Below are positions 39,340 through 52,412 of a stretch of DNA of 64,000 nt, piece after piece. Origin of the DNA: Gracilinanus agilis (taxonomy: Eukaryota); the NCBI RefSeq assembly GCF_016433145.1, contig NC_058136.1, forward strand, positions 51,039,950 to 51,103,949, given 5' to 3'. Numbering within the stretch: the first letter of the stretch is position 1; each line of letters starts with the position of its first letter. The position numbers and the translations under genes are program-made. Under the pieces are notes generated by a model that was not told where the DNA came from, ran no database searches, and was given only the letters and a program-made list of their open reading frames with translations.

Positions 39340-39675
39340 ATTTTTTAAATCAATTCCTCATAATAACAGATTTCCACATAAGTTTTTGGAAGTTATATGA
39401 TCCAAATTGTCTCTCTCCATCCTTCCCTCCCCGCTCCTAGAGCTGGCTAGCAATTCAGTCTGGGTTATACATATTTTATCATGCAAAACATATTCCCATA
39501 TTGTTCATTTTTGTAAGCAAATCTTATAAAATGAAAACTCCAAAACATATACCCAAGTAAATAAGTGAAAAATCGTATGCTTTCATCTCCATTCCTAACC
39601 CAACAGTTCTTTCTCTTGAAGTGTATAGCATTCTTTGTCATAAGTTCCTCAGAATTGTCCTGGATCATTGTAACT
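39340..39675 (-). mobile_element. 5'-truncated opossum-type L1 3' end
   Basis: ttccacataagtttttggaagttatatgatccaaattgtctc...acagttctttctcttgaagtgtatagcattc...gaattgtcctggatcattg. Confidence 0.85.
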
Positions 39676-40756
39676 AATAAATCTTTTTTGAATGTTTATT
39701 GTGTACAAAGCACTGTGTACCAGCATTTTTAGCTTTGGATGAATTCACTTCTTTCTAAACTGTCATCCATGAAATGTTTTGTACCATGTAAGGAATTCAA
39801 AGAATCATGGAATAAGTCGAATTTAATATGTTCATTTTTTCCTCCCAGTGTTTGAGTTTTTAGCTTTTTAGTATTCTTTCCTTTGGGTAACTTTATCCAA
39901 CTTCTCTGGATGAATACAGTTTTTCTTTTTCTTTTTGATTATTTTTGATAAGAAGCACAGTTTAAATTACACCCAAGTGTCTCTGACCATCCATCCCTTG
40001 TTCTTTTGATTATGTTTCTGGCCTCCCTTTGGGTCTTTGCAGAAGCAGATTGTAAAGAGACTTAGTTAAAAGCTCTGTGGAAATGGAATCATTGCTATTT
40101 TTCTTGTCCCCTTTTCTTTCCCCCTTTGCTCTTTTTCTCCAGCTTTTAATGTAGAACCTGCACCTGGATTTTACCTCATTCGGATAAACAGAAAAATTTT
40201 CAAACTACTTTTGAGACACTGTAGCATTTTATTTCAGACAGAACCTAAGGCTCACTTCTTGTTTTCTTTTCTGGATGTTGCTCCAGATAATTGTTCCACA
40301 CATTTTAAAAGGTTCATTTCAACCTCTCCTACTTCCCCTCATGCCTGTGATGAGACAGCAGTATCAGATTAGTAGTAGCAGTGGTAGATTGAAAAGTTAG
40401 CCAACATCTTTTCATTTGGCTAGGCAATGAAGTGTTTCTCTCATTTTCAGGTTCACATGTGCTGGATTACAGTCCAGCATCTCCCACTCAGACAGTATCT
40501 AGGGATCACTTAAATTATGGTGAAAAACAAACAAATTTTTTATTAGAAGGAAAACCAAAATAATTGATATAGATTAGATGTGAGGTCTTCCGACTTTCAA
40601 TACAATGCTAACTTTATTATAAGACCCATATAGGTACCTCTCAAAGGATCATGCTTCTCTTACCCCAAGGGAGCCAGATTTTGCCATTTTCTAATTCCCT
40701 AAAAGGAAAAGGGATATGTGTTTCCTTGGGTATTATTTGGTGTGCTCCAAATGGTC

Positions 40757-40990
40757 TCAGAATAACAGAATCTCAGAATTGGAAGAGTACTATAAGCCAT
40801 CTGGTCCAATCTGTCCTAAACAAGAGATTTTCTATAACATTCCCAAAAAGCCATCATCCAACCTTTACTTCAAGAACATTAATGAGAGTAAACACATGCC
40901 CTCCCAAGTAGGACTTTTGGGGGCTACTTGAATTTTTAGGAAGCTTTTCTTCAAACTGAAATCTGTCTCTATATGACTTCATCCCAGTGG
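40757..40990 (-). mobile_element. L3/CR1 3' end
   Basis: agaataacagaatctcagaattggaagag...gccatctggtccaat...ccatcatccaacctttacttcaagaac...ttaggaagcttttctt. Confidence 0.75.
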
Positions 40991-41139
40991 CACAATTGAC
41001 AGAATTTTAGACTTGGAAACTAAACATTTCATAATAAGATAGGACGTCTGGGTAAAAATGTTCAGCAGACAACTTGGTGATATGGGAGTGGAGTTTTGTG
41101 TTTGTGTATGTACATAGGTACATACCCACCTATCTATAC

Positions 41140-42240
41140 CTATGTATAAATAGAGTTCATCTTATAGTGGAGTTTATCTTTATAGTGATGATAACCAAAC
41201 CCATGGAAACCAATAAGCTCACAAAGAGAAAAAGTAAAGAGAGAAAAACATGGTATACTTATAGTTAAAGGACCAGACATATTCTAATTCCACAGAAAAG
41301 ATCAAGGAATAGTCAACCAATAATCAATTAATAAGTATTTATTAAGTGCCTGCTATGTGCCAGGCACTGTCATAGAAGCCAAGGTAGGAGACTGTCCAGG
41401 AGAGATAAGATAACAGTGTCATAAACAGCAAATAAAGAATGAGTTAAAGTTACTAAAGAATTAGTAAATAAATGATCATTAGTGACCATACCAGATGAAT
41501 TTTCAGTTGAGTAGTTGAGTCAAAAGCTAGATAACAAGGGATTAAGAAATGAATGGGAATTGAGGGAATAGAGATAATGATTGTAGATAACTTTTTCTAG
41601 GAGTTAGGCTTTGGAAGAGTAGAGATACATAGAAGACTTAAGGGGTCGACAGGGTCAAATGAATTTTTTAAAAAGAGAATAGGGAGCAGGAGGGGGAGCT
41701 AGATGTCACAGTGGATAGAGCACCAGGCTTGGGGTTGAGAGGACCTGAGTTCAAATGTAGCCTCCGATACTTCCTAATTATGTGACCCTGGACACATCAC
41801 TTAACTCTGATTGCCTAGCCCTTGCTACTTTTCTGTCTTAGAATTGATACTAAGATAGAAGGTAAAAGTTAAAAGAAAAGAGAAAAGGGGGAGACATACC
41901 TTGGCTTATTTGTTGACAGCAAAGAAAGAGCCAGTGGATAAAGATACTATAATTATGATTAGAGCTGGTAGCAAGCTTCTAGAGGAAGAGGAGATGGAAG
42001 TAATGGCACAATTGACCTTGGTAAGAAGAATGGTCACCTTTTCCTCAAAGATCTGAATAAATAAGAATCTGAGGAAGGGGAAAGGTGATGTGGTAGGGAT
42101 ATGAGGCATAGATCTGGAGAGAAAATATGTTCATGACAATTTAATTTCCTTGGAAAAAAATAGGAAGTTAGGTCCTATATTGAGAGGGACACAGAGCTGT
42201 GAGACTAAAAAAAGAGGAGGAAGTTAGGAATAGAACCACA
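41140..42240 (-). mobile_element. L2 remnant, interrupted by an L2 tail fragment and a SINE
   Basis: Purine-rich antisense L2 text (ggatagataac-like gtagataactttttctaggagttaggc; aggtcctatattgagagg). An L2 tail aataagtatttattaagtgcctgctatgtgccaggcactgt lies at about 41330-41370. Confidence 0.55.
41692..41880 (+). mobile_element. Older SINE1/MAR-type CORE-SINE
   Basis: gagctagatgtcacagtggatagagcaccagg...gagttcaaatgtagcctc...ttgcctagcccttgctacttttctgtcttagaattgatactaagatagaaggtaa. Confidence 0.85.
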
Positions 42241-42379
42241 AGGGAAGAGAAATAGAGAATACATCTGTTTCACTATGGCCTCTGAATATTTAAGGGATTT
42301 TTTGCATTTAAGCAGGGCAATTTATTTGTAATGGATATAGTATATTACTTGTAAATTGACTGAGAACTGCACTGTGAGA

Positions 42380-42870
42380 GTTTATGAATGTGATAAAGAT
42401 AGAGAAAGCTGGAAAGATTTATATGAACTGATACAAAATTATGTTTGAAGAACCAGGAAAACAACATGTGCCATAACTGCCACGATGAACAACACCATCA
42501 TAGCAATCATGACTGAATGCTGTGAAATTTCAAGAGCCAAGCTTAATCTAAAAGAAGATAAAAAAGAGGAGGCAGCTAGGTGGCTCAGTGGATTGAAAGT
42601 CAGGCCCAGAGATGAGAAGTTCTGGGTTCAAATGTAGCTTTAGGTACTTTCTACCTGTGTGACCTTGGGCAAGTCACTTAACCCCCATTGCCTAGCTCTT
42701 ACTCTTCTTCTGCCTTGGAACCACTACATAGTATTGACTGAGTTGGAAGTTGAGGGCTTAAAGAAAAGAGCTTTCTCTCTGACAGTGGGTGAGGGAAGTG
42801 ATCTATCGGGAAATATAGGTGCTTTGAAATCAAAAGTATCACTAAAATTTATTTTTAAAAAGAATTTGTT
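42380..42870 (+). mobile_element. Old L1 3' UTR fragment interrupted by a SINE
   Basis: gctggaaagatttatatgaactgatacaaaa...gaagaaccaggaaaacaa, typical of the end of L1 ORF2. Confidence 0.65.
42568..42765 (+). mobile_element. SINE1_Mdo-type SINE
   Basis: ggcagctaggtggctcagtggattgaaagtcaggcccagagatgag...gtgaccttgggcaagtcacttaacccccattgcctagc. Confidence 0.9.
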
Positions 42871-43833
42871 GATTTTGAGAATGCATTAATTTTTAGTTAC
42901 TTGTGGGTTATGGATGATGATGGATAGATTTGTGGGATCATAGAATCTTCAAATTTAGGATTGGATGGGATTATAGAGGTCATCAATTTATAAATAAGAG
43001 ATTTGAAGTCTAAAGAAAAGTGATTTGCTTAATGTCACATAGTCAGTAAACTAAAAGGAGATATATTAGCTTTTATTCCTTTCTTTTTTCTTAAATATTT
43101 CTGACTTGCTAGTAAATAAATGAAATATATAAATTAAAAATATTTAAATGGTCTTGGATGATGACCCATCTTTTTTTAAAAGACAATTTGAAAACTTAAC
43201 AATAATTTAAAAAATGTTTTCTTAATGATAATTTTAAAATATAGAAATAAATTTTGCCACCCAGATCAGAAATCAAACCCTGGAGTACCTAACTTTTTCA
43301 TGCCAAATATGCCTGCCCTGCACCTCCATATGCTGATTGATTATATCTAGAACCAGCTCCAAACTCACTTTCTTATATTCCCTCGCTATTTTCTCACCAG
43401 CTGTGGTGCCACCATGTTATTACTTTCTGCCAGAGGTCCTTCCCCCCACCATTTCCAGTTCTGGAACCATAATTAAATCTCCTCTGTCAGTGACCTTGGA
43501 AAGGATGTGTCTGTTTTCTCTTCTGTGACTCTACTTACTATCCCTGTGGCTTTCCAAATTGAAGTACCCTTCCCTGACTACCACTGCCCCAAATATGTTG
43601 TCTCCCCTTATTAGAATATACAATTCCTTTTGAATAGGAACTGTCTTAGCTTCTTTCTTTTTATCTGCAGTGCTTAGCATAAAACTTTCCATGTAGTATA
43701 TACTTACTATATGTTTTTGTTGATTCTAATCTCTTATTTAAAAAAAATCAGAGTTTAACCAACCACATATTATATAGGCAGACCTATCCAACTATTCCAG
43801 CAAGTATTTTTACCTCCCTAGCTTCTATTCTCT

Positions 43834-44028
43834 CTCTCTTTTTTTAATTTTAAACCCTTAACTTCTGTGTATTGACTTATAGGTGGAAGATTGGTAAGGG
43901 TAGGCAATGGGGGTCAAGTGACTTGCCCAGGGTCACACAGCTGGGAAGTGTCTGAGGCCAGATTTGAACCTAGGACCTCCTGTCTCTAGGCCTGGCTCTC
44001 AATCCACTGAGCTACCCAGCTTGCCCCC
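43834..44028 (-). mobile_element. Young SINE1_Mdo-type SINE
   Basis: 12-bp TSD cttctattctct (43822-43833 / 44029-44040). Confidence 0.95.
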
Positions 44029-47000
44029 CTTCTATTCTCTTTTAAAAAGTGCATTATGACCCCAGTAACTTTTCATGGCTAGCCTGGCACCCAAACCATC
44101 ATGTTTAAAGTTGATTTGGAGGGGAAATATTTTCCAAATTTTCCCCAAATTGGCATATAAATGAACTTTTAGAATAATAAACTTCCTCATAATTTAAACT
44201 ATCCATATGTACTATTCATTTCAACCAATATTTATTATGCATCTGCTAAAGGCACTGTGCTTCTTGCTGGGTGTATGAAGATAGATATTACCAAAGAGGT
44301 TGGCAACTAAATCCTTGTGTACATTTGCCAGCAAGTTAAATCTACACGTGAATTCATATTTTGGCATTAACGAGGTACTTTTTTGTTTTTGTCAAAGAAG
44401 TTTCTATTGGCCATATTCCTTCTTTCTCCATGTTCCTAATTATGCTATTTTCAGACCCCATTTTATAAAAATCTTGCAGAATGTTCTTGGCAACACTTTA
44501 TGTGTTGCCACTAGTGGTATTCTCCTAAAGTCAGAGAGATGCTGTGCTCTCCTTTGATTTGACAAATGGAGACATTAGGATAGGATTATAATGAGGGAAT
44601 TATCAACATTTGAAAGACTGACAAGCTAACTTTATTTAGAAAGAATGTCTTGTCACCCATTTCCTACAATCCCAGGAAGGAAAAAATGAGAACATAATCC
44701 TGTCTTGACACAACTCAACTGCAACTTGCTCTGTTAGAATGAGATCCACATTTCCATGTGTGGAAGAAAACAAGCCAAAAGGGACTTAGTGGGGAGACTA
44801 GACATGCCATGTGTCCCTAACCAGCCTGCATCGTAAGGGTGAATTGCATTGAAGCTTCTACTTTTCAACTCCCTTGCCATCCATGGCTTTGTGTTAAGAC
44901 TATACATGAGAGAAAGAGATTTCAGTTTGAATTTTAGCCTTTGATTTTAAAATTCACACATACTGGTTGCTGCAGGCAGAATAGGAGTTTTCCCAGCAGT
45001 GTACTGCACAATGCTGGTTTGCATTACTGAAAGAGATAACAGATTTAGGGCTGCCAAAGCTGCTTCCCTGGTCAAGGGATGCTTCATTATCATTGCTTTG
45101 CCCATTTAAGATTGATGGCAAATGATTATTTGGTGATTTTCTAATTCTTCCTGTCCCACATTGATGCAATTTCCAGTCTAGCCTAGCAATTAGCAAGTTT
45201 GAAGAGTTTGAGTATTTGTGAAGGCTTTACTTTAAAACCCAAACACTGAAATATGTTTAGTGAAATTAGTAGTAATAGGCCACAAATGCCCTCTTTCCTG
45301 TTATCTCATTAAATTCTCTGATTTCATCTCAGCTTTGAATCAGCTTAGGCCAATGTGAATCCAATTTAGAGAGACTGTGCCTTATCCTGGAGAATGCATA
45401 TTCCAATGGCTCTTTTAAAGTGGGGATTCTTCCTCCCAATTTCCTTTATTAAAACAATATCCTTTGTTTTTACAGCGATATCCTTTCGGGATATATCATA
45501 CCCCCTCCTCTGCCTTAACAGCTATCCATTTTGACAAAAAAAGAAAAAGAAAAAATTGGTTCTACAAAATCAATAAGCACATCATCTAAGTCTATGAAAT
45601 ATTCCATATCCACAGCCCTCCACTTCTGGAAAGAGAGTATAACACTTTTTAAAAATGCTTTCATGATAGTTACACAGTATTCAGTTCATTCCATTTGTAT
45701 TATTGTAGTATTTGTATATAATTGTATTTCTGATTCTTTTTAGTTCATATAAATCTTTCTATAATCTTTAAAATTCTTCAGATTCACTGTTTATTTTTCT
45801 GTTTATGGTCTGGTAATATTCCATTATGTTCATGTAACATCATTGTTTAACCATTCTTTTTTTCCTTTTTCTTCTCTTTTTTCTTTTTTCCAATTTCAAA
45901 TTTTTATCCTCTAGCCCCCTCCCCTACTCATTGAGAAAAAAAGACAATGCTCATTTTGTATACATACACACACACTCATGTATGACATCATTCAAAATAT
46001 GTTTCTGCTTTTAGCCATGTTTCAGGGTGAGGGAGAAACAAGGAATATAAAGAAAAGGAAACATGCTTCAGTCTGTATTCTGAGTTCATCATTTCTCTTT
46101 ATGGTTGTAGATTGCATTTTCTGTCTTGAATCCATTGGAGTTATGGTAAATAATTGTATTGATCAAAGTAGCCAAATCTTTCACGGTTGATTTTCATTAC
46201 AATATTGCCGTTACTGTGCAGATTGTTTTCCAGGTTCTGCACGCTTCACTTTCTATCAGTTCATATATGTGTTCCCAGGTTTTTCTGAAGCCATCATTTT
46301 TCATTGTTTCTTACAGTACAGTATTATATACCATGTACTATACTTTACTCTACCATTCCTCAGTTGATAAGCATCTCCTCACTTTCCAACTCTTTGTTGT
46401 AATAAAAGAGCTACTATCAATATTTTTACATAGAGATCTTCTTCATTTTTCTTTGATCTCTTGGGATACAGACCTAGTAGCAGTATTGCTGGATCAAAGG
46501 ATACGCACAGCTTTTTTTTTAGGGGATATGTATCATCTTAAGAAAAGTTCCATTTATTCCTATGCTTTGGGCATAGTTCCAAAATAGTTCTTCAAAATAG
46601 ATGGACCAGTTCAGAACTCCGAGAGTGTATTATTTTATCAATTTTAGTTTTTTCCCTCCGGATGAATTTTGTTATTATTTTTTCTACCTCAATAAAATAA
46701 TTCTTAGATATTTTGATTGGTATGACACTGAATAAATAAATTTAAGTAGTATTGTCATTTTTTATTATATTAGCCCAGTCTACCCATGAGTAATTCATGT
46801 TTAGCTAGTTATTTAGATCTGTTTGCATTTTATGAAGAATATTTTGTGATTATATTCATTTAGTTCCTGTATATGTCTTAGAAAGCAGACTTCTAAATAT
46901 TTTATAGTATCTGCAGTTATTTTAAGTGGAATTTTTCTTTCTATCTTTTCCCGTTGGGTTTTCTTGTTAATATATAGCAATGCTAATGATTTCTCCAGGT

Positions 47001-47682
47001 TTATCTTATAACTTTGCCGAATTTGTTAATTGTTTTGACTAATCTTTTAGTTGAGTCTCTCTAGGGTTCTCTAAGTATACCATTATATCATTTACTAAAA
47101 GTGATAGATTTAGTTCTTCAATGCCTATGCTTATTCCTTCAGTTTCTTTTTTTTTTGTATTATTGGTATTGCTAGTATTTCTAGTACAATATTCAATAAT
47201 GATGGTAATAATAGACATTCTTGCTTCTCCCCTGATATTATTGGAAAGGCTTCTAGTATATCTTCATTACAGATAATATTTGCTCTTGGTTTTAGAGGAT
47301 AGGTATCATCTTAAGAAAAGTTCCATTGATTCCTATACTTTCTAGTGTCATTAACAGAACTGGGTATGATATTTTTTCAGAAGTTTTTTTCTGCATCTTT
47401 TGTTATATGATTTTTGTTGTTTTGTCCTTGTGCTTATAGTTTTCTCAGTACTGAAATAGTCATGCATTCCTTGTATAAATCCAACCTGATCATAATATAT
47501 GATCTTTGTAATGTGTTGCTATAATCTCCTTGTTAGGATTTTATTTTTATGATTTGCATTAACATTTACTAGGGAAATTGCTCTATAGTTGTCTTCCTCT
47601 GTTTTTGTTCTCCTTGGTTTTGGTATGAAAACCATATTTGTGTTACAAAAGAATTTAGTAAGATTCCATCATTACCTATTTT

Positions 47683-47918
47683 TATTTGTTTTTTTGTTAT
47701 TTTTTACTAATTATAGATAATAAATTTCCACATAAGTTTTCTGAAGTTTTATGATCCAAATTGTCTCCCTTCCCCCCTACTCTCCCTGTTCCCAGAGCTG
47801 GCAAACAATTTGATCTGGATTATATATGTATTATCATGCAAAGCATTTCCATAATGTTCATTTTTATCTATGAATAATCAAATAAAACAAAAACCCCTAA
47901 ACAAAACCCCAAATAAAT
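47683..47918 (-). mobile_element. Short 5'-truncated L1 3' end (element C)
   Basis: ttccacataagttttctgaagttttatgatccaaattgtctccc..., flanked by cattacctatttt (47670-47682) and ccttacctatttt (47919-47931). Confidence 0.85.
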
Positions 47919-47932
47919 CCTTACCTATTTTA

Positions 47933-48125
47933 TTTTATTTTTTTAATTTTAAACCCTTAACTTCTGTGTATTGACTTATAGGTGGAAGATTGGTAAGGGT
48001 AGGCAATGGGGGTCAAGTGACTTGCCCAGGGTCACACAGCTGGGAAGTGTCTGAGGCTGGATTTGAACCCAGGACCTCCTGTCTCTAGGCCTGGCTCTCA
48101 ATCCACTGAGCTACCCAGCTGCCCC
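47933..48125 (-). mobile_element. Young SINE1_Mdo-type SINE
   Basis: 14-bp TSD ccttacctatttta (47919-47932 / 48126-48139). Confidence 0.95.
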
Positions 48126-48264
48126 CCTTACCTATTTTAAAAATAGTTTATATAACATTGGAATTAATTTTTCTTTAAATGTTTAATATAATTTGCTTGT
48201 AAATCCTGCTGGGAGACTTTTTTTTTCATGAAGTTCATTTATGATTCATTAAATTTCATTTTTT

Positions 48265-48443
48265 TTTAAACCCTTGTACTTCGGTGTATTATCTCATAGG
48301 TGGAAGATTGGTAAGGGTGGGCAATGGGGGTCAAGTGACTTGCCCAGGGTCACACAGCTGGGAAGTGGCTGAGGCCGGGTTTGAACCTAGGACCTCCTGT
48401 CTCTAGGCCTGACTCTCACTCCACTGAGCTACCCAGCTGCCCC
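48265..48443 (-). mobile_element. Very young SINE1_Mdo-type SINE
   Basis: 13-bp TSD aatttcatttttt (48252-48264 / 48445-48457). One substitution relative to the copy at 32770. Confidence 0.95.
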
Positions 48444-49324
48444 TAATTTCATTTTTTAAGATACGATTAAGTATTTTGTTTCCTCTTCTGTTAATCTGGG
48501 CAATTAATATTTTTATTCATATTTATCTACTTCATTTTGATTTTTACTTCTATTGGCATATATTGGGCAAAATAATTCTTAATAATTGTTTAATCTTATT
48601 TCCATTGGTTATACATTCACATTTTTAATTTTTGATCCTATTAATTTGATTTTTCTTCTTAACTTTTAAAAATCAAATTAACCAATGATTTATTTGTTTT
48701 ATTGTTATTTCCATAAAACTAGTTCCTTAGTTTTATTTATTAGTTCATTGGTTTGCTTTTTTACTTACAATTTTATTAATCTCTCCCTTGTTTATAGGAT
48801 TTCTATTTTGGTGCCTAATTGGGTATTTTTAATTTGTTCTTTTTCTTTTCTTTTATTTGCATGCCCATGGCACTAATTTGACCTTTTTTGCCCTTCATTT
48901 TTGTTTTTACTTTGTCTAGGTTAAGAATTGCTTCCCCTGCCTTTTTTTTACTTAAGTTGAAGCATAGTGGATTCAGCTCTAGTTGCGTATTTTGATTCAA
49001 TATTCATTTTTCTCTTTCAAGTGTGTCTCTTCTAAACAACATATTTTGTTGGATTCCGACTTCTAGTCTATTTTTCTATCCTATTCTGTTTTAGACAGAT
49101 ATATCTCATTCACACTCATAGTTATAATTACAAACTGTGTATTTCCCTCCATCCTATTCTATCTATAATTCTCTCTTTTTAATCCTATCTCCTCAAATGT
49201 TTGTTTTTCTTCTAAGCACTGCCTTCCTTTGGCTAACCTCCCTCTTATCAACCTCATCCTGTTTCTTAATCCTTTCCCTATCTATTTCCCTGTTTGGATA
49301 AGAGGAATTCCTATAACCAGCTGA

Positions 49325-49389
49325 ATATATATGTATGTATGTGTGAGTGTATGTGTGTGTCTGTGTGTGTGTCTGTGTGTATACATATA
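49325..49389. repeat. Degenerate (TA)/(TG)n microsatellite
   Basis: atatatatgtatgtatgtgtgagtgtatgtgtgtgtctgtgtgtgtgtctgtgtgtatacatatat. Confidence 0.85.
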
Positions 49390-50351
49390 TTCTTCCCTCT
49401 TTAAATCAGTCCAGATGAGAATGAGGTCCTAATGTTACCTGGTCCTTTCCCTTTTCTCCACCACTGTAAAAACTCTTTCTTATGAACCTTTTTAAGTGAG
49501 ATAATTTTCCTCATTTTTCTTCTCCCTCTCCCTTCTCCCAGTGCATTCATCCTTCTTACCTTTCAATTTTTCTTTGAGATTTTCCTAACATAATAGACTA
49601 ACACACATGCTTTCTAAATAGATTCCTTCTAATTGCCCTAATGCTGATACAGTTCTTAGGAGTTACATGTATCATTTTTCCCATTTGGAATATAAACAAT
49701 TTAATCTTGTTAAGTCCTTTATTATTTCTCATTCATGTTTACCTTTTAATACTCCTTTCATGTCTTGTTATTGAATCTCAATTTTTAATTCAATTTTGGA
49801 CTTTTCATCAGAAGTGCTTTAAATCCTCTATTTTATAAGTTTTCTCTTTTTTCCCCTGTAAGATTACACTTAGTTTTTCTGGATAGGTTATTTTTGGTTC
49901 TAATCCTAGCTCCTCCAGGATGTCATATTCTAAACCCTTTGCTCCTTTGTTGTGATAGTTAGGCAGTCTTGTGTGATCCTGACTATGGCTCGACAGTATT
50001 TTAATTATTTCTTTCTGCCTGCTTGTTGTATTTTCTTCTTGAAAATAGCTACTAGCTCTTGAATTTACTGTAATATTCCTAGAAATTTTCATTTTGACAA
50101 CTTTTTCAGGAGAGTATCAATGATTTTTTTTGGATTTCTAATTTGCCCTCTGATTCTAAGGTATCTGGGCAGTTTTACTTTATAATTTATTGAAATATGA
50201 TGTTTAAGCTCTTTTTAAAATAATGGCTTTCAGGTAATCTAGTAATTCTTAAAATCTTTCCCCTTCATCTATTTTCCAGATAAGTTGTTTTTCCTAAGAG
50301 ATTATTTTCTTCTATTTTTTCCATTATTTTGACTTTGCTTTATTGTTTCTT

Positions 50352-50977
50352 TTATTTTTTAAGAAATATTTTTTCATGTTTACATGATTCATTTTGTTTC
50401 CCTCCCCTCTTTCCTATCCCTCCCAGAGCTAACAAACAATTCCATTGGGTTATACAAATGTTATTACTTGATACCTATTTCCATATTATTTATTTTTGCA
50501 ATAGAGCGGTCTTTTAAAACCAAAACTCCAAATCATATACCCATTTGCACAAGTGATGTCATATATTTTTCTTCTGTGTTTATACTTTCACAGTTCTTTC
50601 TCTTGATGTGGATAGCATTCTTTCTCATAAGTCCCTCGGGATTGTCCTGGATCATTGCATTGCTACTAGTAGCAAAGTTCATTACATTGAATTATTCCAC
50701 AATGTTTCACTTTCTGTGTACAACGTTCTCTTGGTTCTGCTCATTTTACTCTGTATCAGTTCATGGAGGTTGTTCCAGTTCATGTAGGAATCCTCTAGTT
50801 CATCATTCCTTATAGCACAATAGTATTCCATCACCATCCTATACCACAATTTGTTCAGCCATTCCCCAATTGAGGAACAACCCTTTGTTTTCCAATTTTT
50901 TGCCACCACAAAGAGTGCAGCTATGAATATTTTTGTATAACCCTTTTTTAATTATCTCTTTGGGGTACAAACCTACT
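50352..50977 (-). mobile_element. Younger 5'-truncated L1 (element D) inserted into ORF1 of element B
   Basis: ORF 50682-50909(-), VAKNWKTKGCSSIGEWLNKLWY..MEYYCAIRNDE, is the L1 ORF2 C-terminus. The 13-bp TSD is tttattgtttctt (50339-50351 / 50978-50990). Confidence 0.92.
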
Positions 50978-52412
50978 TTTATTGTTTCTTGGTGCTTCTT
51001 AGAGTGATTGGCTTTCATTTATTTGATTCTAATTTTAAAAAAATTATTTTCTTTGGTGAGATTTTGTATTTCTTTTGCCATTTTGCCAATTCTTATTTTT
51101 AAAATATAATTTTCATAAGTATCTTTTGCTTCCTTTAGAAAGCTATTACTTATCTTTTCATAATTTTCTTGCATTGCTCTCATTTCTTTCCCCAGTTTTT
51201 TCTCCTACCACTCTTATTTGGCTTTTTGAAACATTTTTCCTCCTCTCTTTTTTAGCACTTCTAGGAATTCTTATTGGGTTTTTTCTGTTGTTTGCGTATT
51301 TTCCCAGCCTTTTTCTTGACTTTGGACTTTATGTTAGAATTGCCCCTGCTCACCTTGGATTTATGTTGTGGGATGATAAAGGAGGAATGTCTGACCTTAT
51401 CTTTTGTATCTTACTGCTTTAACAGTTAGGAGTGAAGGCCTGTAAGTTTTCAGTGCTTCTAAAGTATATGATCTGGGAAGAGTTCTGGTTGCCACCCTCC
51501 TACTCCATGATCTGGGCCCATGTTCCCTCTGTACTCCAACAGTTCCTTTCTTCCCAGAAACTGCCATGCATATTCAGGTAGAGCCCCTATTCCTATTTCA
51601 CTATACTTCCCTACCATGGACCAGGAACATGACCTGAAAATGACTGCCAAGTACCTGTACCCAAGGTTTCCTTGGAATCTCTAACTGACCGGGTATTCTG
51701 TACCCTCACCATCCCTGAGAACAGTGCTCTCCCAGGGCTCTTGCTGTTGACTCCAAAGCCCAATACCAGAGGTGGTTCTGGCATGTCCTTCACTTGGCCA
51801 TTCCCCACCCCAATTTCCACAGACCTCTCTTTTTGTCCCCCTGAGTTTCTCTAGGCTGGAAAAATGACTTAAGTTGAATTTTTGTTGGCTATACTACTCA
51901 GAATTTGGTTTGACCTGCTTTTTAAAGTTATATAGAGGAGTTTAATGGAGGCACATTGGCAAAAATGCCCCTATCACTCCACCATCTTAGCTCTGCTGTT
52001 TAGATATTCTCTATCTATATAGGTGTAATGGGTATTTAATTTGTTTCTAGTTCTTCATGGTTCCCAAAAGTAGTGCTCTAAATATGCTGATGTGTGTGGC
52101 GGGGAGGGGAGGGCGTGGATGAAACTTTTCTTTCTGTCTTTAACTTCCTTGGGCTATATGTTTGTCAGTGGCTTCTTTGAGACAATAGTTATGAATATTT
52201 TAGTTACTTTTTAATAGAAGCATAGTTCTAAATTGTTTTCTAGAATCATTGGACCAATTCACAGTTCTAACTACAGTGCATTAGTACTCTTGTCTCTTCA
52301 TAATAGTCCTCCGTACCATTGTCCGTTCTTGTGTATGTGATCTTTGCTGGGTATGAGGTGAAATATCTGAATTGTTTTAGTGTGCATTTCTCTCATTATT
52401 ATTGATCTAGAG

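Larger units (their letters stand above)
45860..51996 (-). mobile_element. Near full-length but decayed L1 (element B): 3' UTR, ORF2 remnants, ORF1, 5' UTR
   Basis: ORF 49808-50092(-), LGLEPKITYPEKLSVILQGKK, is the L1 ORF1p C-terminus. ctccaccatcttagctctgc (51977-51996) is the antisense of the L1 5' start (gcggagccaagatggcggag type). ORF2 text lies at 46.6-49 kb. Confidence 0.8.

Noticed and set aside
49808-50909. ORF1p-like and ORF2p-like peptides as active or domesticated L1 genes
   Set aside because: Short, frameshifted fragments. ORF1 is disrupted by a nested L1 with a TSD.
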